Shown here one piece after another: positions 49,788 through 61,646 of a DNA stretch of 64,000 bases. The stretch is taken from the NCBI RefSeq assembly GCF_036971445.1, contig NC_091475.1, forward strand, positions 175,832,001 to 175,896,000, written 5' to 3'. The DNA comes from Narcine bancroftii. Taxonomy: Eukaryota. Position numbers and translations under genes: made by a program. The notes under the pieces were generated by a model, which saw nothing but the letters and a program-made list of their open reading frames with translations, ran no database searches and was not told the DNA's origin. The stretch's first letter is position 1. Each line of letters starts with the position of its first letter.

Positions 49788-50373
49788 TCTTTTTCTTTAG
49801 CTTGGCTTCGCCGATGAAGATTTATGGAGGGGTAATGTCCACGTCAGCTGCAGGCTTGTTTGTGGCTGACAAGTCCAATGCGGGACAGGCAGACACGGTT
49901 GCAACGGTTGCAAGGGAAAATTGGTTGGTTGGGGTTGGGTTTTTCCTCCTTTGTCTTTTGTCAGTGAGGTGGGCTCAAAGGAGGTTGCTGCCCGCCAAAC
50001 TGTGAGGCGCCAAGATGCACGGTTTGAGGCGTTATCAGCCCACTGGCGGTGGTCAATGTGGCAGGCACCAAGAGATTTCTTTAGGCAGTCCTTGTACCTC
50101 TTCTTTGGTGCACCTCTGTCACGGTGGCCAGTGGAGAGCTCGCCATATAACACGATCTTGGGAAGGCGATGGTCCTCCATTCTGGAGACGTGACCTACCC
50201 AGCGCAGTTGGATCCTCAGCAGCGTGGATTCGATGCTGTCGGCCTCTGCCATCTCGAGTACTTCGATGTTAGGGATGAAGTCGCTCCAATGAATGTTGAG
50301 GATGGAGCGGAGACAAGTCCGAGTCTCCGCTCCATCCTCAACATTCATTGGAGCGACTTCATCCCTAACATCG
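49788..50373 (-). mobile_element. 5'-truncated RTE-clade LINE with 5' fold-back
   Basis: Same family as 30809-31298; 10-bp TSD aatataatct (49778-49787, 50374-50383). Confidence 0.92.
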
Positions 50374-50375
50374 AA
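50262..50375. repeat. Perfect 53-bp hairpin with 8-nt loop
   Basis: 50262-50314 is the exact reverse complement of 50323-50375. Confidence 0.97.
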
Positions 50376-50431
50376 TATAATCTAGTTCCCTTAAAAATCA
50401 CCTTGTATAAATATCCTTTAAGATGCCAAAA

Positions 50432-50728
50432 CAGTTCAAAGTTCAAATTTACCATCAGAATACATATGTGACATCACATACAACCCTGAGAATCTTCCTC
50501 CTGCAGGTCAGATAGAATTTATACTAATCAGTAACTTATGCTGTGCACAAGAAGAAAGATGTGTATACAAAAATGAAATGTAAACAAACTGTGCAATACA
50601 AAAAAAACCACTCAGAAATAAATAATGTGCAAAGTGAGAGTTCTTAAATGAGTCTCTGATTGAGTCTGTTGTTTAGGGGTCTGATGGTGGATAGGTAGCA
50701 ACTGTTTCCAAACCCAGTATGAGTCTTG
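50432..50728 (-). mobile_element. Rex1-like LINE 3' end, interrupted by a solo LTR
   Basis: gttcaaagttcaaattt reversed tail; homologous to 482-710. Confidence 0.6.
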
Positions 50729-51743
50729 TGTGACAGATTATAGATGTTTTTTTGGGAGATAAATTGGGCAGGTTTTTTGGTGTAGGTCACATACAAACAT
50801 TTCAAAACAGATCTCATTTAAAATACTGGAGCTCTGCTCAAGCTGGACAGGCTGGCTCCGAGAACCTTTGCAAAAACTTTGGAGAGTGCCCAAGGACTAA
50901 TGGATTGTTGTTTTGGAAAGCAACAGATGAAAGAACTCGGAGGAGTAGTTTTGGAGTAGGCTCTCTGGGAGTGCTGCTTGCTGTTCTAAGAGGTTTTGCA
51001 AGCAGAAAGGGAGCGAAACAGGCTTTTCTCTGAGAGGGAGAGAGAGGGAGATCAGTTCGGCAGTTTTACAGTCAGCAGCAGCAGCTGGGACTGGAACAGG
51101 AGAAGCTGGCAAACTTGTGGAAAAACCCCGTTTTGAAGACGGGTTGTGAGTGCTTAGTTCAGCCTGGTCAAAGGCCTTATGGTTCATACAAGAAGAGAGG
51201 ACTGGCTGCCTAATGTTTCACTTGAAATAAGAGAAACCAAAAGGAACTCTGTAGTGACCAGAAAGAAAGAGATTATTATCTGGAAAACACTGATGGGGCA
51301 AGGTTTTTCAGCAAGACACTGAAGTGGCCGATTAAAAGGGATCAGTTGTGGGTATCCAGCGAACAACAAATCTCTCTCTCTGAAAACCGACAAGAACCTT
51401 CCTGAGCGGTGACCATTAATCTTTCAACCACCAAAGCCTGGTGAACTTCCTAAATGTTAACTTCTGTGCACAGTCTAAGAACTGCCTGCAACCAGTAAAC
51501 TTGGAGAAATGAGAAATGAGATTGGACTTTGAATCGAAGAACTTTTCTGAATTTACACACACTTTACACACACGTGCACTTAGAATTAGAAGGGGGTAAG
51601 GTAGGTTAGTTAAAAGTGATAAGTTAAAGTGTGATTTTGTTTTCATGTTTAAAGGTAATTAAAAGGAACTTTTGTTTAAATAACCATTTGTCTTGGTGAA
51701 TATCTATTGCTGCTGGGTTTTGGGGTCCTCTGGGCTCGTAACA
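50729..51743 (+). mobile_element. Solo LTR (Gypsy-type), about 1 kb
   Basis: TGTGACA...GTAACA termini; perfect 4-bp TSD CTTG; homologous to 19518-20496. Confidence 0.88.
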
Positions 51744-52775
51744 CTTGTAGCACCTATACCTATTTGAAAAGCTCAAAATAAATAAGTTTACCAAAAATAT
51801 GAAACACTGAATGAAATCCATTGAGGTTCTATCATTATAGAAGTTGAAGAAATGGTTAATCCATAATGTTAAAACTAGATTCAGAGTTAAATGAATCTCT
51901 ATTTGTACATTTCAGAATAGAACCCTTCATGGATGTCAATCATCTACCAGTGCCATTACACAAGACCCAAAGTTTATAATATTGTGGTTTAGTACTTGTC
52001 TGCTTTTGAACTGAAAAGTTAAGCATTTGTAAACTTTTAGTGGAAGAACACAACTCTTTAACTACAACAAATAGTACATCTAAAACACATCAGGAAACCT
52101 TTTCAGATTATTGCAGGATTAGATAACAATTTAATCAATCCATAGATGAAACATTTTCCTCAATGTGTTTGTTTCCACCACACCCCTTTTCAGAATTTTT
52201 TCAATGAGTTTTTGCAGTAACTGATCCAACATGGCAATTATGTGAGTTGTAAAGACTTGGTTCACTTTAATACATCATAATGAACTTAATAGATCAGACC
52301 CAAAGCAGGAGGGACACACCTTTGCCTGGAGCCTCTGTGCAGCTAATTTCTCTTTGAAGTGTAGAATTCAGCATAATCAAGTGGTGAGCTATTTACATTT
52401 GCTGAAAACTCAACAAATCACTATTTACATGGGAACACAAATTTCATAAAAGGGATGAACTGCAAATGCACAGTACATGTTTACATTGGGCCTTGAAATT
52501 CCAGAAATAATGTAAAGCACATTTTCAACACCAGTATTTATTTTGATGTAAATGAAACCAAATGGAAGGAAAACACAGAAATGCTGGAAGAACTAGCAGA
52601 TAAAGATACATAACCAAATCAAGAAAATCGATAGACACCATGATTGAAATAAACAGCCCGAAAAATCGGTGCTGTCCCCTCCTATCATCTCCTGCCTTTG
52701 CCATCCCTCTCCCCGCTACCCTTTTGTTCGGACTCCTGCTGGCATTCTCTCATACCACGTCAGTTATGTATCTTT

Positions 52776-53573
52776 AGGCTTCTTCAGGTGGATTCTCCGC
52801 TAAGAATGCGCCTGAAGAGGAGAAAGTGGCCCTTTGATTTGTCGTTCAGGTGGCAGCGCTAAAAGCGCAACGCTGGCCACCTGAAGGGACAGCTGCACCG
52901 GGATGTGCATCTGAGCGCATTCCGGCTCCTGTCCCTTGGGCTATCAAGTTAGGATGGCTGGCTGTCAGCTGGGACAGCCAGCACGGGCTATCAGCGCGGG
53001 GACGAATGTCCCCACACTGATCACTCTGCCCCCCCCTGCGGGGGAGAAGGGGGGCTGGGGCGTCCGGAGCTCGAGTCGGTTACCGGCATTGTTTCGGCCA
53101 GCCCCCTTCTCCCCCGCCAGCTGCTCCAACCCCCTTCTCCCCTGCCGGCCGCTCCAGCCCACTTCTCCACTGCCAGCTGCTCCAACCTCCTTCTCCCCCA
53201 CTGGCCGCTCCAGCCCTGCAGTCCCCACGCTGACAGCCCAGCCCCCTTCTCCCCCACCGACCGCTCTAGCCCCGCAGTTCCTGCGCTGACAGCCCAGCCA
53301 GCTGCCCCTGCCCCAACGTCCTGCGCCGGGGAAGGGGCAGCTGGGAGAGGAGCTAACAGGCACTCTGTCATCCCAAATACTGCCGCTTTTAGGCTGCTGC
53401 ATTCAGATGGATGGGGAGGCCACTGTGCTGTGGTGATTGTCCCTCTTGGATGAGGAGGGTTACAAAGTTCGCCTTGCAAGCGCCTCCTGCACATTCGTGT
53501 GGCCTCTCAACAGCCGCATATTGCCAAAATATGCAGCTTTACAAGCGGGGCAATTGGCCACCTGGAAGTGCCT
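52776..53573. mobile_element. MITE (PIF/Harbinger-like) with GC-rich internal minisatellite
   Basis: Imperfect TIRs AGGCTTCTTCAGGTGG / CCACCTGGAAGTGCCT, TTT flanks; interrupts a Penelope-end repeat. Confidence 0.65.
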
Positions 53574-53877
53574 TTTGCTACATCTAGGACACTGTTTGAC
53601 CTGCTGAGCTTCTCCAGCATTTTGAGCTTTTTAAGGAATGTATCTTAATGAAATAGAGAAAGTTTAAAGTAGAAAACAGATATCACATTACTAAACAGCA
53701 GTTAATAAGGACAAATCTGGACTCGGTTTCTTTTGCCTGAACTTGGCATGGATTTGTTTCATTTTTGACTTTTGGATATCTGACAGCAACATTCAATTGA
53801 AAATAACTTTCCACTAATTTTTCAGTCCTGCCAATGCAAAGAAAACAGAAGTTTCATCTGTTTTATAATACAAATAC

Positions 53878-53908
53878 CTGCAGTACTGTATATTGATTCC
53901 TTTCACTT
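53878..53908 (-). CDS. 31-nt coding micro-exon (SERNQYTVLQ in the preferred frame)
   Basis: tttgttttgtag acceptor, CAG/gtattt donor; ends in phase 0, matching the 40-nt exon. Confidence 0.55.
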
Positions 53909-54012
53909 CTACAAAACAAACATAAAATAATTTACCACATGTTAACTTTGGATAATTTTGCATTCTTTAAATAGTTATCACAGCAAGTTTCAGGCCATCA
54001 TAATCATCGGCC

Positions 54013-54298
54013 TGTGGCGGTGCACATCTCTGACGGCAGGCGAACCAGCTCCACATGTTAGGGTCTCGGCAGCGGAGCAGCAGTGTCAAGATGGTGCCAC
54101 CAGGACAGTCTTTTCCGCCAGCTGGGTCGGGTTAGCATGTGCATAGGGCAATGTCGTGACGTGGTTTCTGGCACGAGGGCGGGACTTACCCGTGGGCTTA
54201 TAAGGCACAGTGCGGGAAGATTCAATAAGCAACTGGAGTGCAGATGAGCCCAATGAGTACTGATCTCGTTCTTTCGACTCCAATTAGCTGCCGCTACA
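54013..54298 (+). mobile_element. Short solo LTR (Gypsy-type)
   Basis: TGTGGCGG...CCGCTACA inverted termini; cttataag TATA-like box. Confidence 0.6.
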
Positions 54299-54887
54299 GT
54301 GCAGCCAAATGTTACCAAAATTTCAAAAAAAGGTTTCCACTTATGGATTCAACAGACTATATTTGCAAACATGAATAAATGTTGTATCGTACCACACAAA
54401 ATGTTCATGCATTGACCAAAATATGAATTTAGAAAACTGCAAATGATTGTAAATCTATTATAAAAATAAAGTTGAAGACTTCCCCTCTAATATGTCACAA
54501 AAACAAAATTTCCATGCAAGTTTATAACAAATTTTAGAATAATTCATGAATGAAACTATAAAAATTTCAGAAACTTGAAAGTTAACATTAAAAACCATGC
54601 TCAGTGAAGCTATGCAGTTAATAAAGATGGAAGATTGTTGCTATAGCAGCAGATTGCAAAGGCTACCATTTTCCACTTTGTTGCTCTTAGCAATGAGCAT
54701 CTCAGATTCAAGTAGATAATGACAAATGATCCAAGGGTCAAGAGGAAAACCAACCCCACCCCCACCCACCAATCTCAAAAGACTGAAATCTTCACCAATC
54801 TCAAAAGACTGAAATCTTCACTGCAGATTTCCTTGGTAAGGTCATACTTTTAATTTCAATAGATTCAACGATTGAACTTCTGTACAA

Positions 54888-54890
<3 letters not shown>

Positions 54891-54943
<53 letters not shown>

Positions 54944-54959
54944 TGTGTGTGTGTGTGTG
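54891..54959. repeat. (GT)n microsatellite
   Basis: Near-perfect GT run. Confidence 0.98.
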
Positions 54960-54999
54960 GGGCAGTTCTAGAAAATTGCATTTACAACAATTAAAATGA

Positions 55000-55500
55000 T
55001 GAAGGGGAAGAGAGGGTGAGAGAGATAGAGTGGGAAAGGCGATAGTGAAGGAAGAAGGAGGGGAGAATGAGGGGATAGAGGGAAAGGGGAGAGAGGGTGG
55101 GAGAGTGTGGGGGGAAAGGGGAAAAGGTGATAGGGGAGAGGGAGAGGTGGGAAGGGGTAGAGGTGGGAGTGGGGGCAGAAGGGTGAGAAGGGAGAGGGAA
55201 AGGGGAGAAGCAGAGGTTGGAAGGGGAAGATGCGGGAAAGGTGAGTGTGTGGGGGAGAAGGGAGATGTGGGAGAGATGGGGAAGGGGATGGGGAGACAGG
55301 GAGGGAGAAAGAGGGGAGAGAAGAGAGAGAGGGGGAGAGAGGTGAGAGGGGATGAGAGAGAACAGAGTGAGCCAGAGAGAGTGAGGGGAAAATTGAGAGA
55401 GGGAAAGAGGGGAGAGGAGGAAAGAGGGACAAGGAAGAAGGGGGGGGGGTTGGTGAATGGAATAGAATCTGTTCCAATGAGAAGGAGAAGGGATACAGAG
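55000..55500. repeat. Polypurine (G/A-rich) low-complexity tract
   Basis: About 500 bp almost entirely G and A on the plus strand. Confidence 0.9.
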
Positions 55501-55829
55501 GTAATGTTTAAAAAGCAATGGCCAGAATCAGAGGGAAAATGCGAAGGTGTTGTGGAAGATGGGATGCAGTGGTGGGAAATGGGAGAGAGCAGAGTTGTCT
55601 TGTTGACAACAAGTTGAACTGGTATGAGAGATGGAAAGTCAAGGTTTAATGGAATGGGAAGAGTGATGGGATTGTGATATAGGATGATACCAGACCACGG
55701 GTGTTTACAGGGTGAGAAAAATAGATTATTGTTAAGGAAAAAAGAGAGAAGTGAACTTTAAAATGCCGTGTCATTATTGAATAGGCTGCAAGTGGATTGA
55801 GATATTTTGCATTTTCCAAAGGATGTTAA

Positions 55830-55995
55830 TATTTTGTTCAAGTCCATTTGTGGCTATCACAATGGGATCTCCCTTTTGTCAACCATTGGAAAATTATGCA
55901 AAAATATTCTCCTCAACGACCGTATTCACTATCCCCAGAGATCCTCCCTGAAGTGCAATGCAGATTCCACATATCAAGAGAAACAATACAGATGA
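55830..55995 (+). mobile_element. Old RTE RT fragment
   Basis: GISLLSTIGK..ILLN and ILPEVQCRF motifs. Confidence 0.6.
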
Positions 55996-57346
55996 TTTTG
56001 TCATACATCATGGATCCAAGGATAGAGAGCATCAAGCTTCAAATTAATGCTTTGTCCTTTAATGAAGTGAATGAATGTCTAAGCCTTACACCGAACATCC
56101 TGAAATCTCCCAACCTGCATCTTTGCCACAACCAGTTGGACTGCTCACAGAAGAGCCGTTCTCCCTGTACCAGGCATAACGTGACAAATAAACTTAAAAC
56201 TAAATGTGCTCTCTGCCACAATCCGAATGTACAACCACAGCACTCCAAACTAAATTCATTGGAACTGTACACTTCCATTTGAATCATTAGCGCGTTAATT
56301 CATCTGGTTTCTCAACATTTCCACAATCTGTAATGCGAGTAAATGCAATGCTGTCAATTTTATACAAAAGCTCATTTCAAATTCATAAAAATTATGCTGA
56401 GAGTTGGAATGCACATATCTGGCTACCCGAGGAACTGCATAGTTATGATAGTTGCAACATAAAAAAGACCATCCAGAGGTAACACAATAATAATGAGGCT
56501 GATTTTTTAAAGAATTACAAAATACATCTTGATAAACTCTTATTTTATTTTTTAAAAGGAACTTTATGAACTACAAAATACCTAATGGTTTGGAACAATA
56601 GACTTAATTATAGCAAAACGAGCCAACATTTCCTGTCATTTTGCACAATTAAAAACAGAAATCCATAAGTTGCTGCCAGGAATGTCTCCTATTTCACAGT
56701 TGCAGTACTTGTAGATGCTAACAGAACTGATGATTTGATTTATGTTTTCAACGTGCTTTTTTCTTGCTGTACCGTATTGGAGGTGTAACTAAATTATTAC
56801 AGACAGATTGAGCTTTAATAATTGTTAAATACATTTCTGGCTCTGAAAACTCTTTATATGTGTGGAATTAAATTTCCTCAAAATAATTACTTTAGAATTC
56901 CATACAAGTTTTATGTTGATATTTCATCTACCATAGTCCCATGTGCAATCCAATCTTTATTTTGATCTCAGTAAAACATATATTAAAAAAATTACAGCTT
57001 TTTAAATTTGCTGTCAGAATTCTTCAAATTAAGATACTCATCTGCCAACGTAATGGCTTTCTTCCTTCTGGATGCACCAAATCTTCAACTGGAATCAGAC
57101 AGAATTGTTCACTAGAAAAGGATATATCCCAGCCTTATAGCCAGTTTAGTATTTGTCAGCAGATTTCCTAAAAATTTCACACCAAGCACCATTTCTTCAA
57201 CAATTTGCTGCAGAGATTCAGCAGGTCAAACATCATCAGTGGAAACCACCGAGATCCTCCAGCAGATTGTTGCTCCAGATTCCAGCATCTGTATTTCTTC
57301 ACTAGAAAATCAGGATCAATTTAACATATAGTGAATCAATACTTAC

Positions 57347-57368
57347 TGTTCGGATAAATTTTTCTGTA
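57347..57368 (-). CDS. Candidate 22-nt micro-exon (xQKNLSEQ)
   Basis: Perfect gtaagt donor, weak ttaatttaacag acceptor; phase compatible with the 31-nt exon. Confidence 0.4.
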
Positions 57369-58269
57369 CTGTTAAATTAATAAGAATCTTACTTGTTGCA
57401 TATATCAGTGATCAGAAAGAGAAAATGTAATAGGACAAAAGATAGTCTTCATTAGCTCTTTGTTTCCACAAAATCTTCTGCCCCATCATGAACTTTCTTC
57501 TAATTTTAAATATTTATATAACTCAAATCTCACATTTGAAAACAGCTGTTAAAATTCCAAAGAAAAAACAAGACAACTCAGCAACTATTACCAAATAGTC
57601 TTCATAGACGTTCCATAAAAATAAATTTGTATTTATTTTTATGGAACATGAGGATCATTGTCAAGACAGCATTGTTGTCCCTGAGAAAGTGTTGGTACAT
57701 TGCAGATTTTCAGATCAAAGTACCAAGTATTATAACCATAACCATATAACCATTTACGGTTGGAGGACAAACTAATTCGACCAAAGTGCCTCTGCTTTCT
57801 GGGAGCTTCATTATTTTTCTGCCTGCATCCATCCTGATAGAATCAACTAAAAGCTGATGCAACACCAAAAAAAAAATGGTGCAGCCTTGTTTAGCTCTGG
57901 ATTGAGAGGTTTTCCACTTCCAATTGTTAAATGAGAATCTGCTACTGCTATCTGTGGTAGAGTGGAGAGTTCCAGATTTCACCCTATGGACCTACCTGGC
58001 CTATCACAAATACAGTAATTCCCCCCCCCCCCCCAAGTATCCAGCACCTATAGGGATTGTTTGATGATGGATGTGTGAATTTTTTTGTTGCTTGAGATTG
58101 CCTGTTCTGTGATTGGCGAACTAATTGCTGAATTTGTTACCTATTTCTTTTCTGGATTTTTTTTGCCGGTTGCTCGATTCCAGATAATGAGAATTTTACT
58201 GTATTCACTTTGTCTTAATCATCCCTTGAACTTGAGGACAAAGCCTCAAGATTCTGGGAAACAAATTTA

Positions 58270-58520
58270 AGACAGATAAGAAAGAACTGCTTCTCCCAAA
58301 GTGCAGTGAATCTGTGCAATTCTCTGCTCAAGGAAGCAGTACAAGCTGCCATATTAAATGTATTTAAGACACTGATTTTTAACTATCTGGAAAATTGAGA
58401 GTTATGGGGAAAAGACTGGTAAATGGAGCCGAGCCAATGTCCAGATCAGCCAGGATCTTATCTGATGGCAGAACTGGTTCGGCAGGTCAAATGGCCTACA
58501 ACTCCCATTTTTTATGCTCT
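58270..58520 (+). mobile_element. Old CR1 3' fragment
   Basis: Degenerate ORF2 end and 3' UTR (agatcagccaggatctta...aaatggcctac). Confidence 0.6.
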
Positions 58521-59905
58521 ATCACAACCCATCCTTTCTGCACCTGAAAACTAACCAGCTTTCTCTCTTTCCCAGTTCTGACATAGGGTCTTTGCCCAAA
58601 TGCTGCCTCTACTGCTAATCATTTGCAGCCTTTTATGTTTTAGTTACAGGATTTGGAACCAGGACTGGTGATATATTTCCCAATCTAACTAGTGTTCTGC
58701 TTGGAGGGGAACATGCAGCTGGTGGTGTTCCCCAGCACCCCACTGCCTTAGTTCTTTTTTGCTGTAAAGGTCTTGAATTTGAGCAATGTAGTTGGAGCTG
58801 CCTGAATGAGTAGTTGGTGCATGGTACAAACTGAAGCTAATATGCCTTGCTGGCAGAGGAAGAGAATACATATGCTGTGGATGAGGTGCCAAATAAGTAA
58901 TTATTCTGCTGTATCCTTTGTAGTAGTGAGCTCCCTGAATGTGTTGGAACTGCACTCCTTCAGGTAAGCAGAAAATTCCATTCACTCACATTTCTGACTT
59001 GTGTCTTGCAGATGATGAAAATATTTTGAGAAGACTGCAGGAAATTTGTAAGGCTGGCTGACTTGAGTTTCTAGTTAATGGTGGCCCCAAGATGCGTGGT
59101 AAGGAATTCAGTGATAGTAATCCAGTAAAATGTCATGAAGAGACAGTTATTTTCTCTTTTTAGCTCGAGATAGTCACCAACTGTTATTTGTAAGATGCAG
59201 CTGTTATTTGTAAGATGCAGCTGTTATTTATCACCTATCAGTCAATGCTTGAGCATTCTCAGGATGCAAGGATGAACCACTTATTAATTGAATGGAACTG
59301 CACATTGCACAATCAGCTTGGTTTTTCCCCATCATTAAGTGAAAGTTATTTATGATGCAGTTGATGATGTTTGGGCCTATGACAAATTTCCAAAGAAATC
59401 CCGTTATGTAATACTGGGCCTGAGATGCTTGATCTTCATCAACCACAGCCATATTCATTTGTGTTGGTTGTTCCAAGTGCCATATCTATGGGATTTTTGG
59501 TTACAGCATTATTAGCAAATATTCCAAGGTGGAACAATGAACAAAATATCTTTCACTGAAGGCCGTAACCCTCACTAAAATTGCTGTGTCTAGATACAAC
59601 AATTCATCCAGAGCTAGACCATAGGATGAAAACTGGTTGTTGATACTACCCTTACATACATGATGTTGCATATAATATCTATCTATGTAGTACTATAATG
59701 TTGCAAATAGATAGCAATGGTTATTCTAATAATTAGAATACCTTGAACATAATCCTGGATTCTCCAACTAAATAAGCAAGACATTTTTATCTCAATGACA
59801 CGTGCTGATTGGAAATCAGATAACCTACTTTTCTCCTGATTTGATTTGTCTACATTTAGAACATCTCAGAACACTAGCCATTTCTTCATTGGATATGCAG
59901 CTTAA

Positions 59906-60906
59906 GCCCCTTTCACACTTGCATCCCACTAAATTGGCTGTTCAGTGTCCCAGGATAGGAATGGGGGGGGTGCGGGTTTGGCTTTACACACTTGACCACT
60001 GAACACTTTCAAGGACCCATCCCCGGGGTTAGGACTCTTCTACCTTCTACTGGTGATGTCAACGCATCGAGTGATGGTGAACCTGCCCCAAATCCTGATC
60101 AATGTATTATGATCTTATATTTGAACAAAATTTATCATGCCTAATTATAATGTAATTAAGCTTTATGTACAGCACAGTATGAGCCTTCAGTCCCTGTTGT
60201 TGTGCCGACCTATATAAACCTTTATAAAGGGACCATGGGAAAGTGAGAGCAATAAATAGTAATAGCGGACAATTTTTAAACAGGGTGGTAAAATTGGTGA
60301 CGCTTTAGCTCACAATTTATATAGCGTGGGAAAGTTTGTAGCACTATCTCGTACAATTTAAACAGCGTGGGAAAGTTGGTAGCACTATAGCGTACAATTT
60401 ATAAATACCGTGGGAAAAAGCGATGGTGGATCTGCCTTCCAAGAATTCCATGCAGCAGAGAAAGGGCTGTATGTCCAGCTGCATGCATGGAGCATTCATA
60501 GAGGGGTTTCTCTGCCGCACAGTATTCTGGGAAGTCAGGTCCATTATTAATATTTTCCCCCAGTCTTTATAAATTGTGCTCTATAGCGCTACCAATTTTC
60601 CCACGCTGTTTAAAAATTGTCCACTATTGTTATTTCTTGCTATTTTGTCTCTCTCTCTCACTGCAACTTTCCCAAGGCAAAGTTTACACCTTCATTTTAA
60701 TCTTTTCTTCCTGCACTCATGCAAAAACTTGGATCATTTCCATCCCACAATCCAATTAGCCCTTTCACACTTGCCTGATTGCCACGCTGGCATCTGCAGA
60801 CGCTAGGGATTGTACTAGGCGTTGAGCTGATTTTGCTTTCACACTAGACACTTTAAAGGCCGATTGGCGTTGGATTCCTGGGATCACTTGCAAGTGTGAA
60901 AGGGCC
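59906..60906. mobile_element. PIF/Harbinger-type MITE
   Basis: TIRs GCCCCTTTCACACTTGCA / TGCAAGTGTGAAAGGGCC with TAA TSD on both sides. Confidence 0.8.
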
Positions 60907-61553
60907 TAAAAACCCTTGAGGTTCAATTCTCTCAATTTAGAAATCCTGTAATTCCCAGCAGTTTCTATCTATGAACGAACACATCAGAGTTCTTCACTCT
61001 AGTTGCCGTGCTCCGGCCCTACCACTCTTGTTTTTGCTGTATACATGGCTTCACTCTCCAGTCTCCACAATGCTCAATTTATCAGAATGGAAATACACCA
61101 CTCTAAACATCAGAACTGGACTCTAGCCATATAAGCAATGCAATGGTTTAGTTTACTAGAATATCTTACTTTGATCAACAAAGCATTTTGGAAATGGACC
61201 AACTCAGTAACCATGACATTCATCTGAAAAAGCAACTTTTATTTTGCTTATCCAGTTGGAACGCAACACAACTACAACACTCAAAACTCATTTGTTAATT
61301 CTATGGTAACTATGTCTTATTAAACTGAAATACTGTTGTTGTTGGCTTAAATGAAACTTTATGAAGCACACACATTCCAGGTGGCTATAACTACATTTGT
61401 TTTCCTTCTAGTTCAATTTCTTCTTTCCTGCCAGGGTTAGTACAGGTCAAGAGTTAAAAAGTACTAGCAGCTCATCTGTATTTTTGATAATAAAATTAAA
61501 GGAACTCTACAAAACAAACAAACAAAAAAGGGCTCCCAATTTATATTCATTCT

Positions 61554-61621
61554 TCAAAAGTTAATGTCTTTCCTTTCCAGCTGCGCAGCGATGATCAAAG
61601 GAAGTTTTGAAAACGGAGTCC
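61554..61621 (-). CDS. Candidate alternative terminal exon: xTPFSKLPLIIAAQLERKDINF-stop
   Basis: tattgttccag acceptor, phase-1 open frame to TGA, AT-rich UTR-like sequence with AATAAA at 61238-61243. Confidence 0.4.
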
Positions 61622-61646
61622 CTGGAACAATACTAAATTAAACATG

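Noticed and set aside
52936-53494. GC-rich ORFs or CpG-island promoter
   Set aside because: Explained by the MITE's internal minisatellite.
54968-55617. Long Pro/Ser- and Gly/Glu/Arg-rich ORFs
   Set aside because: Low-complexity polypurine tract lacking stop codons.
60270-60420. CRISPR-like array
   Set aside because: Repeats are contiguous with no unique spacers, lie inside a MITE, and the context is eukaryotic.
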